Shown: positions 39,269 through 51,839 of the stretch, in pieces
Position numbering within the stretch: the first letter of the stretch is position 1
Layout of the letters: each line of letters opens with the position of its first letter
NCBI GenBank assembly: GCA_026770705.1
Contig: JANJGN010000052.1
Location: 4,030,001-4,094,000 of the forward strand
Direction of reading: 5' to 3'
DNA: 64,000 bases
From: Isurus oxyrinchus
Lineage: Eukaryota
Translations under genes and position numbers: made by a program
Notes under the pieces: model-generated
What the model saw: only the letters and a program-made list of their open reading frames with translations
Told to the model about the DNA's origin: nothing
Databases searched by the model: none

Positions 39269-39361
39269 ATGTACCACAGAATCTCTCATTTACTTCGCTT
39301 GATATGATTAATGCTTCATCGATCAATATAATTGAGGGGTTCATAACCATCACTGTGGAAT
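39269..39361 (+). CDS. In-frame 31-codon mini-exon (internally deleted C2)
   Basis: Both splice sites kept; 189 nt deleted between two GAGGGG motifs. Confidence 0.6.
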
Positions 39362-40020
39362 GTGAGTTAATGCAAACTTCAACATCACTCACACACACGC
39401 ACACACACACACACACACACACATGCAGAAACACACACAATCTCAACTCACACAAGCACACACACACACACATGCATAGACAGACACACGTGCGCACACA
39501 CACACAAACACACATGAGTGCGTGCACACACACAGATCCTTATTTTACAGAAACATACACACACAAGCCAACACACACATACACACACAAAAACATGTGG
39601 GTTCCCTCTCCTCTCCCAGTGCTGCACTCAGTATCAGCTCCGAATCTGTGTTGATGAAAGGTAAACTCCAGATCATCAAGACACTGAACTGGATGGAGCA
39701 ACCTCCTGAAGAGTGAATTGTAGATTTACCCCTCAGTGCTCCATTGGTCAAATACAATTCATTGCCTTTGAAGCCCTTGGGGACATCCTGAGGATCTGAA
39801 AGGGAGTTTCCTGCATTCTAGATGGACACCTCCACTGGTGGGAGAATGTAACTGCAGTGTGACAGTTTACATAGGCAGTGCCCATTGTAAATGTGAAATA
39901 AGTTCTTATCCTGAGGGAATGTACCTGGAAATGCATTCAGACATCAGATACAGAGACATGATGCATGGAGTCTTGCTGTGCACTATATTTGCTCATATTA
40001 AAATCTTTCTATGTTTATAG

Positions 40021-40302
40021 ATGCACCACGGAATCTCTCAATTACTTCTCTTGATATGATTAACGCTTTATCGATCGATGTAATTGAGGGGAATTCTGCA
40101 GTGATAATCTGCTCTGTCGAGAGCTTCCCAGCTTCTAACCTGACGTGGCGACATCTTAATGTCCCAATGAACAGAACAAGTTCCAGCAATGAGCTGTGGT
40201 TGGTGATTCCTCACGTTACATCCAGGGACACTGGAGACTATCAGTGTGTGGCAGAGAATGTATATGGAGCAGTGGAGGGGTTCATAACCATCACTGTGGA
40301 AC
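40021..40302 (+). CDS. Repeated C2 exon 1
   Basis: 282 nt, phase 1-1; IICSVESFPASNLTW...DTGDYQCVAEN. Confidence 0.9.
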
Positions 40303-40328
40303 GTGAGTTACTGCAAACTTCAACATCA

Positions 40329-40365
<37 letters not shown>

Positions 40366-40972
40366 ACACACGTGCACACTACTCATAAACATACACACAC
40401 ATTCACTCATGCACAGAAATATACACAAAGACACACTCACATATGCGCAAACACATACACACATGCACACACAGACGCATGCGTGCATACTCACACAAAC
40501 ACACTCACATGTGCAGAAACACAAACACAAACACATACACACACATGAGGTCCCTCTCCTCTCTCAGTGCCGCACTGGAGTCTTGGTATCAGCTCTGATT
40601 CTGTGTTGAAGGAAGGTAAACTCCAGATCAGCAAGACCCTGAATTGGATGAGCAACCTCCTGAACAGAGAAATGTAAATTTACCCCTCAGTGCTCCATCA
40701 ATCAAATACAATTCATTCCCGTAAATCCCTTGGCAAAATCTTGAGGATGTGAAAGTTTCTTTCATTCTAGGTGGACAGCACCTCTACTGGTGGGAGAATG
40801 TAACTGTAGTTTGACTGTTTACATAGGCAGTGCCCATTATAAATTTGACAGTGGAAGTTATATGGAGGGAAGGTACCTGGAATTGCATACAGACATCAGA
40901 TACAGAGAGATGATGCATGGAGTCTTGCTGTAAATTGTGCTTGCTCACATTAAACACTTGATTTGTTTTTAG

Positions 40973-41254
40973 ATGCACCACAGGATCTCTCATTTACTTC
41001 ACTTGAAATGATTAATGCTTCATCAATCAATATAATTGAGGGGAATTCTGCAGTGATAATCTGCTCTGTCGAGAGCTTCCCAGCTTCTAACCTGACGTGG
41101 CGACATCTTAATGTCCCAATGAACAGAACAAGTTGCAACAATGAGCTGTGGTTGGTGATTCCTCATGTTACATCCAGGGACACTGGAGACTATCTGTGTG
41201 TGGCAGAGAATGAACATGGAGCAGTGGAGGGATTCATAACCATCACTGTGGAAT
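40973..41254 (+). CDS. Repeated C2 exon 2
   Basis: 282 nt; extra Cys (TSCNNEL). Confidence 0.9.
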
Positions 41255-41997
41255 GTGAGTGCACACAGACATCTACATCACACAAACACACACACACATG
41301 CAAAAACACTCATGTGTAGACACAAACATGCACGCTTACACACAAACATACGTTCAAACACATACACAGAAACACACACAAACTCAACTCACACATACAA
41401 TCATTCATGCGCACACGTAGACACACGTATACACACACACTCCCTCAAGCACAGATGTACACACGCAGACCCACATACACACGCGTGCCCACACATGCGC
41501 AGACAGACACGCGCATACACACAAATACAAACTCACTTGTGCAGAAATACACACACACACACAAGTGTGAGATCCCTCTCCTCTCTCAGTGCTGCACTGG
41601 AGTCTTGGTATCAGCTCTGATTCTGTGTTGAAGGAAGGTAAACTCCAGATCAGCAAGACCCTGAATTGGATGAGCAACTTCCTGAACGGAGAATTGTAGA
41701 TTTACTCCTCAGTGCTCCATCGATCAAATACAATTCACGGGCTTTCAATCCCTTGGGGGCATCTTGAGAGTGTTAAAGGATGTTTGTTTCATTCTAGGTG
41801 GACAGCAACTCTGTTGGTGGGAGAATGCAACTGCAGTGTGACAGTTTACATAGGAAGTGCCCATTATAAATGTGACAGTATTTTTTCCTGCGGGAAGGTA
41901 CCTGGAAATGCATTCCAACATCAGATACAGAGAGATGATGCATGGAGTCTTGCTGTGCACTGTGCTTGCTCACAGTAAAATCTTTATTTGTTTTTAG

Positions 41998-42279
41998 ATG
42001 CTCCACAGAATCTCTCAATTACTTCTCTTGATATGATTAATGCTTCGTCGATCAATATAATTGAGGGGAATTCTGCAGTGATAATCTGCTCTGTCGAGAG
42101 CTTCCCAGCTTCTAACCTGACGTGGCGACATCTTAATGTCCCAATGAACAGAACCAGTTCCAACAATGAGCTGTGGTTAGTGATTCCTCACGTTACATCC
42201 AGGGACACTGGAGACTATCAGTGTGTGGCAGAGAATGAACATGGAGCAGTGGAGGGGTTCATAACCATCACTGTGGAAT
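41998..42279 (+). CDS. Repeated C2 exon 3
   Basis: 282 nt, AG/GT. Confidence 0.9.
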
Positions 42280-43019
42280 GTGAGTTAACGCAAACTTCAA
42301 CATCACTCACACGCACACAGACACACACACACACACACACACAGACACATGTAGGCACACACATGCATAATTATACACACACAGTCATACACGTACAAAC
42401 ACATACACAGGAAAATACACACCCATCTCAAACACACACATATTCATGCCCACACATAGACACACACATGCACATACTCTCACTCATGGACAGACGTAGA
42501 CACACAGACACACGCGCATGCACACACACAGATACATGTGTGCATACACACACAAACACACTCACATGTGCAGTAACACAAACACACACATACACACGCG
42601 TGAGTTCTCAGTGCTGCACTGGAGTCTTAGTATGAGTTCCGATTCTGTGTTGAAGGAAGGTAAACTCCAGATCAACAAGACCCTGAATCGGATGAGCAAC
42701 CTCCTGAACAGAGAATTGTAGACTTACCCCTCAGTGCTCCATCGATCAAATACAATTCATTGCCTGTCAAGCCCTTGGGGACATCCTGAGGATGTGAAAG
42801 CAAACTTCTTTCATTCTAGATGGGCAACACCTCTGCTGGTGGGAGAATGCAATTGCAGTGTGACAGTTTACATAGGCAGTGTCAATTATAAATGTGCCAT
42901 AAGACCTTATCCTGAGGGAAGTTACCTGGAAATGCATTCAGACATCAGACACAGAGACATGATGCATGGCGTCTTGTGCACTATGTTGCTCACGTTAAAA
43001 TCTTTATATATATATATAG

Positions 43020-43301
43020 ATGCATCATTGAATCTCTCAATTAATTCTCTTGATATGATTAACGCTTCATCAATCAATATAATTGAGGGGAATTCTGCAG
43101 TGATAATCTGCTCTGTCGAGAGCTTCCCAGCTTCTAACCTGACGTGGCGACATCTTAATGTCCCAATAAACAGAACAGGTTCCAACAATGAGCTGTGGTT
43201 GGTGATTCCTCACGTTACATCCAGGGACACTGGAGACTATCAGTGTGTGGCAGAGAATGAACATGGAGCAGTGGAGGGGTTCATAACCATCACTGTGGAA
43301 C
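43020..43301 (+). CDS. Repeated C2 exon 4
   Basis: 282 nt; polypyrimidine tract replaced by (TA)n. Confidence 0.8.
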
Positions 43302-43347
43302 GTGAGTTAATGCCAACTCAACATCTCTCTCATACACGCACACACAC

Positions 43348-43405
<58 letters not shown>

Positions 43406-44114
43406 ATGTGTAGACACATACGTGCACATTTACACACACAGTCATACACGTGCAAAAACAGACACAGAAACACACATACACTCAACTCACACGCACACAC
43501 TCACACAGGCACACATATAGACATACACATGCACTCACGTTCACTCATGCACAGACGTATACACAAAGACACACTCACATATGCGCAAACACATACACAC
43601 ACGCACACACAGACACATGCGTGCATACACACACAAACACACTCACATGTGCAGAAACACAAACACACACATACACACGCATGAGGTCCCTCTCCTCTCT
43701 CAGGGCTGCACTGGAGTCTTGGTATCAGCTCCGATTCTGTGTTGAAGGAAGGTAAACTCCAGATCAACAAGACCCTGAATTGGATGGAGCAACCTCCTGA
43801 ACAGAGAATTGTAGACTTACCCCTCAGAGCTCCATCGATCAAATACAATTCATTGCCTATCAAGCCCTTGGCAAAATCCTGAGGATGTGCAAGGAAGTTT
43901 CTTTCATTCTAGGTGAACAGCACCTCTACTGGTGGGAGAATGTAACTGTAGTTTGACTGTTTACATAGGCAGTGCCCATTATAAATTTGACAGTGGAAGT
44001 TATATGGAGGGAAGGTATCTGGAAATGCATACAGACATCAGATACAGAGAGATGATGTATGGAGTCTTGCTGTGCATGCTGCTTGCTCACATTAAAAACT
44101 TTATTTGTTTTTAG

Positions 44115-44396
44115 ATGCTCCACAGAATCTCTCAATTAATTCTCTTGATATGATTAATGCTTCATCGATCAATATAATTGAGGGGAATTCTGCAGTGATA
44201 ATCTGCTCTGTCGAGAGCTTCCCAGCTTCTAACCTGACGTGGGGACATCTTAATGTCCCAATGAACAGAACAAGTTCCAACAATGAGCTGTGGTTGGTGA
44301 TTCCTCATGTTACATCCAGGGACACTGGAGACTATCAGTGTGTGGCAGAGAATGAACATGGAGCAGCGGAGGGATTCATAACCATCACTGTGGAAC
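44115..44396 (+). CDS. Repeated C2 exon 5
   Basis: 282 nt, AG/GT. Confidence 0.9.
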
Positions 44397-45373
44397 GTGA
44401 GTTAACACAAGCTTCAACATTACTCTCACATATACACAGTCACACTCATACACACACACACACACACACACGTGCACACAAACAAGCATTCATGTGCAAT
44501 CCCACATGTCCACAGGTGTGTACACCTGCATGCTCACACACAGAAGGAAACATACACAGAATCACACGTGTGCTTGCTCACACACACACACACAGACATG
44601 TGTGAGTTGTCTGTTCTCCCTGTGCTGCACTGGAGCGTTGCTCCAGATTCTGCTCTGAAACACTGACGACATCAGCTGAACAAGACCCTGTATTGGACGA
44701 GCAGCCCCCTGCACAGAGAATTGTAGGTTTATCACCCCATTATTCTAAAGCAATTCCTCCACTGTCAAATCTCCATAAATATCCTGATGATGTGAAAGAC
44801 ATTTTCTTTTCTTCTAGCCCGACAGTGTCTCCTCTGGTGGAAGGCTGTAATTACAGCGTGACAGTTTACATATCCACATGCAGCAAGAGCTGAACAACAC
44901 TCAGCTTGGGCTGAGACAATTAATGCATCACAAGTACCAGGCAGTGATCATGTCCAACAAGAGAGAATCTAACCATCTCCCCTTGATGTTCAGTGAGTTT
45001 ACTATCACAGAATCCCCCACAATCAACATCCTGGGGGATGTTAACCAAACAACTAACTGGACCGGCCATAAATACTGTGGCTACAGGAGCCGGTCAGAGG
45101 CTGGGAATTCTGTGGGGGTGAAAAACTCACCACCACCTCCTCAAGGGCAATTAGGGATGGGTAATAAATGCTGGTCTAGATAGATACAGCTACTTCCCAT
45201 GAATGTACAAAAAGAAAAACACCGGCAGTGACCATTATAAAAGTTGACATAGGAACTTAAAACAGGAAAGAACTCTTGAAATGCACATAGACACCAAATA
45301 GAGAGAGATGTATCATGGAGTCTTGCTGTGCACTGTGTTTGCTCACAATGAAACCACCTTTATTTGTATCTAG

Positions 45374-45655
45374 ATGCACCACGGAACCCATCAATTACTT
45401 CTCTTGATATGATTAACGCTTCATCGATCAATATAATTGAGGGGAATTCTGCAGTGATAATCTGCTCTGTCGAGAGCTTCCCAGCTTCTAACCTGACGTG
45501 GCGACATCTTAATGTCCCAATGAACAGAACAAGTTCCAACAATGAGCTGTGGTTGGTGATTCCTCACGTTACATCCAGGGACACTGGAGACTATCAGTGT
45601 GTGGCAGAGAATGAACATGGAGCAGTGGAGGGGTTCATAACCATCACTGTGGAAC
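45374..45655 (+). CDS. Repeated C2 exon 6
   Basis: 282 nt, AG/GT. Confidence 0.9.
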
Positions 45656-46414
45656 GTGAGTTACTGCAAACTTCAACTTCACTCACACACACACACACAC
45701 ACACACATACACACACACACACACGTGTAGGCACACACATGCACACTTATACACACACAGTCATACACGTGCAAACACATACAGAGGAATATATATACAC
45801 AACTCACACACACACACACATTCATGCCCACACATAGACACACACATGCACATTCACTCACTCTTGGACAGACATTGACACACAGACATGCGTGCATGCG
45901 CACACACAGATACATGTGTGCATACACACACAAGCACACTCACTTCTGCAGAAACACAAACACTCACACACTCTCACACATACACAAATATGAGTTCCCT
46001 CTCCCCTCTCAGGGTGCACTGGAGTCTCGGTATCAGCTCTGATTCTGTGTTGAACGAAGGTAAACTCCAGATCAACAAGTCCCTGAACTGGAGGAGCAAC
46101 TTTCTGAACAGAGCATGGTAGATTTACCCCTCAGTGCTCCATCAATCAAACATTGCCTGTCAAGCCCTTGGCGAAATCCTGAGAATATGAAAGCAAGCTT
46201 CTTTCATTCTAGAGTGACAACACCTCTACTGGTGGGAGAATGCAATTGCAGTGTGACAGTTTACATAGGCAGTGTCCATTAAAAATGTGGCATAAGACCT
46301 TATCTTGAGGGAAGTTACCTGAAAATGCATTCAGACATCAGATACAGAGACATGATGCATGGAGTCTTGCTGTGCACTATGTTTGCTCACGTTAAAATCT
46401 TTATATGTTTTTAG

Positions 46415-46696
46415 ATGCACCACGGAATCTCTCAATCAATTCTCTTGATATGATTAACGCTTCATCGATCAATATGATTGAGGGGAATTCTGCAGTGATA
46501 ATCTGCTCTGTCGAGAGCTTCCCAGCTTCTAACCTGACGTGGCGACATCTTAATATCCCAATGAACAGAACAAATTCCAACAATGAGCTGTGGTTGGTGA
46601 TTCCTCACGTTACATCCAGGGACACTGGAGACTATCAGTGTGTGGCAGAGAATGAACATGGAGCAGTGGAGGGGTCCATAACCATCACTGTGGAAC
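46415..46696 (+). CDS. Repeated C2 exon 7
   Basis: 282 nt, AG/GT. Confidence 0.9.
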
Positions 46697-47361
46697 GTGA
46701 GTTACTGCAAACTTCAACATCACTCACACACACACACATACACACACAGACACACACACACACACACGCACACACACACACACGCACACACATACACATA
46801 AACAGGTGCACGTAAACATGCGTTCATATTTAATCCCATGTCTGCACAGGTGTGCACGCCTGTATGCTCACACACAGAAGCATACATACAGAATCACACG
46901 TGTGCTTGCTCACACACACACACAGACATGTGTGCGTTGTCTGTTCTCCCTGTGCTGCACTGGAGTGTTGCTGCAGATTCTGCTCTGAAACACTGACGAC
47001 ATCAGCTGAACAAGACCCTGTATTGGACGAGCAGCCCCCTGCACAGAGAATTGTAGATTTATCACTCAATACCCCATTATTCTAAAGCAATTCCTCCACT
47101 GTCAAATCCCTGTGAACATCCTGATGATGTGAAAGACATTTTCTTTTCTTCTAGCCTGACAGTGTCTCCTCTGGTGGAAGGCTGTAATTACAGCGTGACA
47201 GTTTACATATCCACACGCAGCAAGAGCTGAGCAACACTCAGCTTGGGCTGAGAAATGACAATTAATGTTCATGCCACACAAGTACCAGGGAGAGCTGTTC
47301 CTTGTATTGACCCTTGGGATTGTTTATCCCAACTTGATAGGGCAAAGGGGGCCCAGGTTGT

Positions 47362-47428
47362 GACTATCAGTGTGTGGCAGAGAATGAACATGGAGCAGTG
47401 GAGGGGTTCATAAGCATCACTGTGGAAT
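47362..47428 (+). pseudogene. 3' remnant of a C2 exon
   Basis: DYQCVAENEHGAVEGFISITVE|gtgagt; 5' part missing. Confidence 0.8.
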
Positions 47429-48247
47429 GTGAGTGTGGAGATACATTTGTTTGTTTGTTGTCTCCGTGGTCTCCGTGGAGCCATTGGGATCGTGTTGTTT
47501 TTAATCCAGTTTTCTTCAATCCTCGCTCAGTCCACGTTATCCACACATCCAATTTTTCCTCTCCCTTTCTGTTTTTGCTCTCAGTTTCTCCTTCAATGGT
47601 TGTCAGGACAAGGCTGTCAGGTCTTCGTTTCCAATCTCCATACTTGATGACCTTTCTCTCTCTAACTGTCCTGAACAACCCTTTTAATTGCTGAACTTCT
47701 CATTCTTTAATTGATAAATATTATATATAAATGTTACATGGATTACTTTGAAATGCAATACCTGTATTCATAAATTGCTTAGAAATGACTAAACATTCAA
47801 CAGCCAATGAAGCATTATCGAAGTGAGCTCACTGTTGTAAAGGAGGAAACACAGGTACTGATTTGTACACAGCAAGATCCCACAAACCACCGTGTCTTAA
47901 TGACCTGATAGGCGATTATTTCAATGAGGTTGGTTGTTTAATGTGTAGAGAGACTACATACCCTTTAGGGAGGGAAGCATGTCTCGATGTGGATGTGACT
48001 CCAGTCTCAGACACCAACATGGTTAACTCACACCTGCCCTGTGAACTGGTCTCCCAGTTTGGGACAAACCAGTGGATCAGGAGGAAGACCCCCCACCACC
48101 TTCTCAAGGGGAAACTAGGGATGGACAATAAATGTCAGCATTGCCCGAGAATGAGTATTTAAACACTGAGTGAGTGTATCGCTTCTCGAGATACATCGGA
48201 GCATCATTGTAAACCTGTAGTGCAGTAATTAATGGCTGTTTTTACAG

Positions 48248-48344
48248 GTAGAGACTCCAGTAAAGGGACAGTAGGATTGTTCACGGCTGGGATCATGTTG
48301 AGTGTTTTCCTGGCTGGAATCTTCATCTTCATCTGTGTGAGAAA
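48248..48344 (+). CDS. Transmembrane exon (uncharged)
   Basis: 97 nt, phase 1-2; RDSSKGTVGLFTAGIMLSVFLAGIFIFICVRK. Confidence 0.88.
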
Positions 48345-49038
48345 GTAAGTCTGAAGATTTAACTTGATTTTAATATAAACATTTGCTTCAATGTTCTTTC
48401 CTGAAGTCGGTGATTGTTTCCCTTGTGTTAAGCGCCAGATGCCTCTCCCTAACTGGTCTCTTTATCCGTTATGATCCAGAGAGTGTTTTTCATTGCCCGT
48501 TATCCAGATGAATAATAATCAGTTGCTGTGATCTGGAAGGTGCTGCCTGAAAGGGCGCTGGAAGCAGATTCAATAGGAACTTTCAAAAGGGGAATTGGAT
48601 AAATACTTGAAGGGGGAACATTTGAAGGGCTATGGGGGGAAGAGCAGGGGTGGAGGGGGGGTAAAAGATATGGCGTGTTATTATAATGATATTATACCTT
48701 AGGCTTATTTACTGTATAAGACAGAAAACACCAATCACTCATAGGGGATTTGGTGAGAATATTAATGATTTGTTTATCAAGACTCGGCACGAGAACAGTT
48801 ATACATACGAAGAAAGCTTGAAGGCATCAGAGCTGTGAGTGTGTGTTCTGCTCAAAGCAAATGTCAAACTGAGATTGGATCACATGACACACTTCCATTA
48901 TAGTGATGTCACGCTGATACCCCTTATTGGAACTAGAGACAGTCCAGTCGTTGGTGTAAGGTTACAGTGGGCTCTGTGTCTGTGCTGCACTGACTCTCTG
49001 CTATATGATAACCACAGTGTGATATTGTGTTATTGCAG

Positions 49039-49120
49039 GAGAAAGACAGCAATGGAGGAGAGAGGTTCAGGGACCAATTACATTGCATTGACCCTCAGGT
49101 CACTCTCTGTGAAGCACCAG
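49039..49120 (+). CDS. Cytoplasmic exon 1
   Basis: 82 nt, phase 2-0; RKTAMEERGSGTNYIALTLRSLSVKHQ. Confidence 0.82.
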
Positions 49121-49332
49121 GTACAGGAACTGTTTACACTCACTCCAAAGCTTCAACCTCAGTGTGTACACAACACGTATACCAGATTCTCAGCCGGGTT
49201 ACACACAGATATCGCCCTGTGAAGTCAGCAATGGCTCAGTGGTCAGCACTGTCTCTCGCTCCCTGCCTCTGTCTCCCTCCATCACTCGCTCTTTGACCAG
49301 AAACCTGAACACAATAATGACAAGGCACCTGA

Positions 49333-50220
49333 TGTCAGTACTGAGGGAGTGCTGCACTGTCAGAGGGTCAGTAGTGAGGGAGTGCTGCACTGTCGGAGTG
49401 TCAGTACTGAGGGAGTGCTGCACTGTCGGAGGGTCAGTACTGAGGGTGTGTTGCACTGTCAGAGGATCAGTACTGAGGGAGTGCTGCACTGTTGGAGGGT
49501 CAGTACTGAGGGAGTGTTGCACTGTCAGAGTGCCAGTACTAAGGGAGTGTTGCACTGTCAGAGGGTCAGTACTAAGGGAGTGCGGCACTGTCGGAGGGTC
49601 AGTACTGAGGGAGTGTTGCACTGTCAGAGGGTCAGTACTGAGGGAGTGCTGCACTGTCGGAGGGTCAGTACTGAGGGAGTGCTGCACTGTCAGAGGGTCA
49701 GTTACTGAGGGAGTGCTGGACAGTCGGTGGGTCAGTACTGAGGGAGTGCTGCACTGTCTGATGGTCAGTACTGATGGTGTGCTGGACGTTTGGAATATCA
49801 GCACTGAGGCAGTGCTGCACTGTCAGAGGGTCAGTACTGAGGGAGTGCTGGACTGTCAGAGGGTCAGTACTGAGGGAGTGCTGCACTGTCAGAGGGTCAG
49901 TACTGAGGGAGTGCTGCACTGTCAAAGGGTCAGTACTGAGGGAGTACTGCACTGTCGGAGGGTCTGTAGTGAGGGAGTGCTGCACTGTCAGAGGGTCAGT
50001 ACTGAGGGAGTGCTGCACTGTCAGAGGATCAGTATTGAGGGAGTGCTGCACTGTCAGAGGGTCAGTATTGAGGGAGTGCCGCACTGTCAGAAGGTCAGTA
50101 CTGAGGGAGTGCTGCACTGTCAGAGGGTCAGTGCTGAGGGAGTGCTGCACTGTCAGAGGGTCAGTTGTGAGGGAGTGCTGCACTGTCAGAGGGTCAGTAG
50201 TGAGGGAGTGCTGCACTGTT
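49333..50220 (+). repeat. 33-bp minisatellite in the last intron
   Basis: About 27 units. Confidence 0.92.
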
Positions 50221-50408
50221 GCAGTGCGATAGAGATTAAATTATTAAGAGAGAGAGAAAGCGAGATAGAAAGATGACAGAGAAAGAGAGTGAAAAAAAGG
50301 CTTAAACGCTCTGAGCCACGACTGACACTAACGAGGCTGCAGAATAATTTAACCCTATCAGTGCCAGTAAATGATGTGAGGATGTCTTCTGTTTCCATTT
50401 CTCTGTAG

Positions 50409-50657
50409 GGTAAACAGAATGTGCTGATTACTGAGCCCCAGAACACAACCAGAGACACAACTAGTGAGGGGGAGACCCCAGCTCCCCGGGATCTCTCTGA
50501 AGGTCCAGTGGGAGGCGATGTTGGACATGGGAACCCCGACAATACCGACGACCTTCTCTACGCCAACATCAACTTTTCAAAGCTGCCCAGCGGTGACAGG
50601 ACTGTGCACAGGAGCGAGGACACGGAATACACACAGATCAGGTTCCAGAAAAACTGA
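50409..50657 (+). CDS. Terminal cytoplasmic exon with ITIM and ITSM-like motif
   Basis: DDLLYANINF and EDTEYTQIRF before the stop; same arrangement as CD33-related Siglec tails. Confidence 0.9.
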   Translation, partial: GKQNVLITEPQNTTRDTTSEGETPAPRDLSEGPVGGDVGHGNPDNTDDLLYANINFSKLPSGDRTVHRSEDTEYTQIRFQKN

Positions 50658-50946
50658 GTGTGAAACAGGGAGCGGGGCTGTGGGGTGTGTGCAGCCAACA
50701 TGGCCAAATAGTAATGAACAGAAATATGATGTTGCTCAACTTTTTTTATTGGTTCTGAGTGAGCTTTCTGAATGCTGCACCTTTTTCCATGCTGTAAAAG
50801 ATTGTAAGAAGCTTATGGGTTATGTATAATTTTACATCTGTTAATACAAGGTGAGGTGAGAGTGACTGACCTTAACATTAAGGCTGCATTTGACCGAGTG
50901 TGGCCTCTGGGAGCCCGAGCATAACTGGAGTCATTGTGAATCGGGG

Positions 50947-51838
50947 TGGTACGAAAGTATAATAATTTGCATAATATTTTCCTGGTTTGTTTTAAAGTAG
51001 GTTTATGGGTGTGAGTGTAGATGGGTCTGTCTGTGTAGTTTAATTACATCTGGAGTCAGGTAGACTGCAAGTTTGAGATTATCAAAAGAAGCTAGATGTA
51101 GAAATGTACTTGAAATGCTAATGAGAACACATGGAGGCTGTGTTAGCATGTAAGGTGTGAAGGGGTTGTTTAGATTTCAAAGGGATGTTGGTCTGTTTAG
51201 GACAAGCCAATAAGCAAAGCTAAGGAGTTTTTTTTTAATTTTACCCAAACTTCATTGACAATATTGGCAACATGAAAGTTTATATTATGGGAAAGATACA
51301 GTTCCAAAGAATTTACACATCAAAGAGAGAGAAACATGTATAAAGGAGAATGAAAGGCTATGTTGGGGGCCATGTAAGATCTAACAGGAGTGTGTGAAAC
51401 AGGCTTGAAGAAGCCTCCAGGCATTTGTGCATAAGTCTGTTATGTTCAGTAAATAAAGTTGGAGAAATCCATTTAGAATTCCAGTGTCAAGTGTGTGCTG
51501 TGTTAACTCGCTGGGTTTGTTTTTAATCTAAAATTGTATTTTGGACTGTTGCCTTAAACGGGCTCTGTAACTGGGAGTCAGGTTAATTAGGAATTTGAGA
51601 ATTTATTTTAGTTGTAACTAACCGTGGTATTATGTCTGTGCTTGAAATCTTTTATTTTGTTAATAAATATCCTAATCAAATTTTTAAAATGTCTAAAGGT
51701 TGTGGTCAACTCATTACTCCAGAATTCAGTGCACGCATCTTGTAATAAATACAAATTGCAAACTATTGTGATAGCATGACCAATTTTCCCTTGTGGATTT
51801 GGAGCACCAAGCACACATCATCTGCCATGTCATGTCAC
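50947..51838 (+). mobile_element. Solo LTR nested in a LINE
   Basis: Homologous to 21788-22716; interrupts the LINE sequence gaatcgggg|ggaaaactctcc. Confidence 0.7.
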
Positions 51839-51839
51839 A

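Larger units (their letters stand above)
34057..50657 (+). other. Gene span: inhibitory Siglec-like receptor (V + 8 C2 + mini-exon, TM, ITIM + ITSM-like tail; about 1065 aa)
   Basis: 14 coding exons join in frame (3198 nt including the stop) with canonical GT-AG sites. Confidence 0.88.

Noticed and set aside
34057-50657. Assigning CD22, MAG, SIGLEC1 or CD33 as a gene symbol
   Set aside because: Domain count and tail do not match one ortholog; a phylogeny is needed
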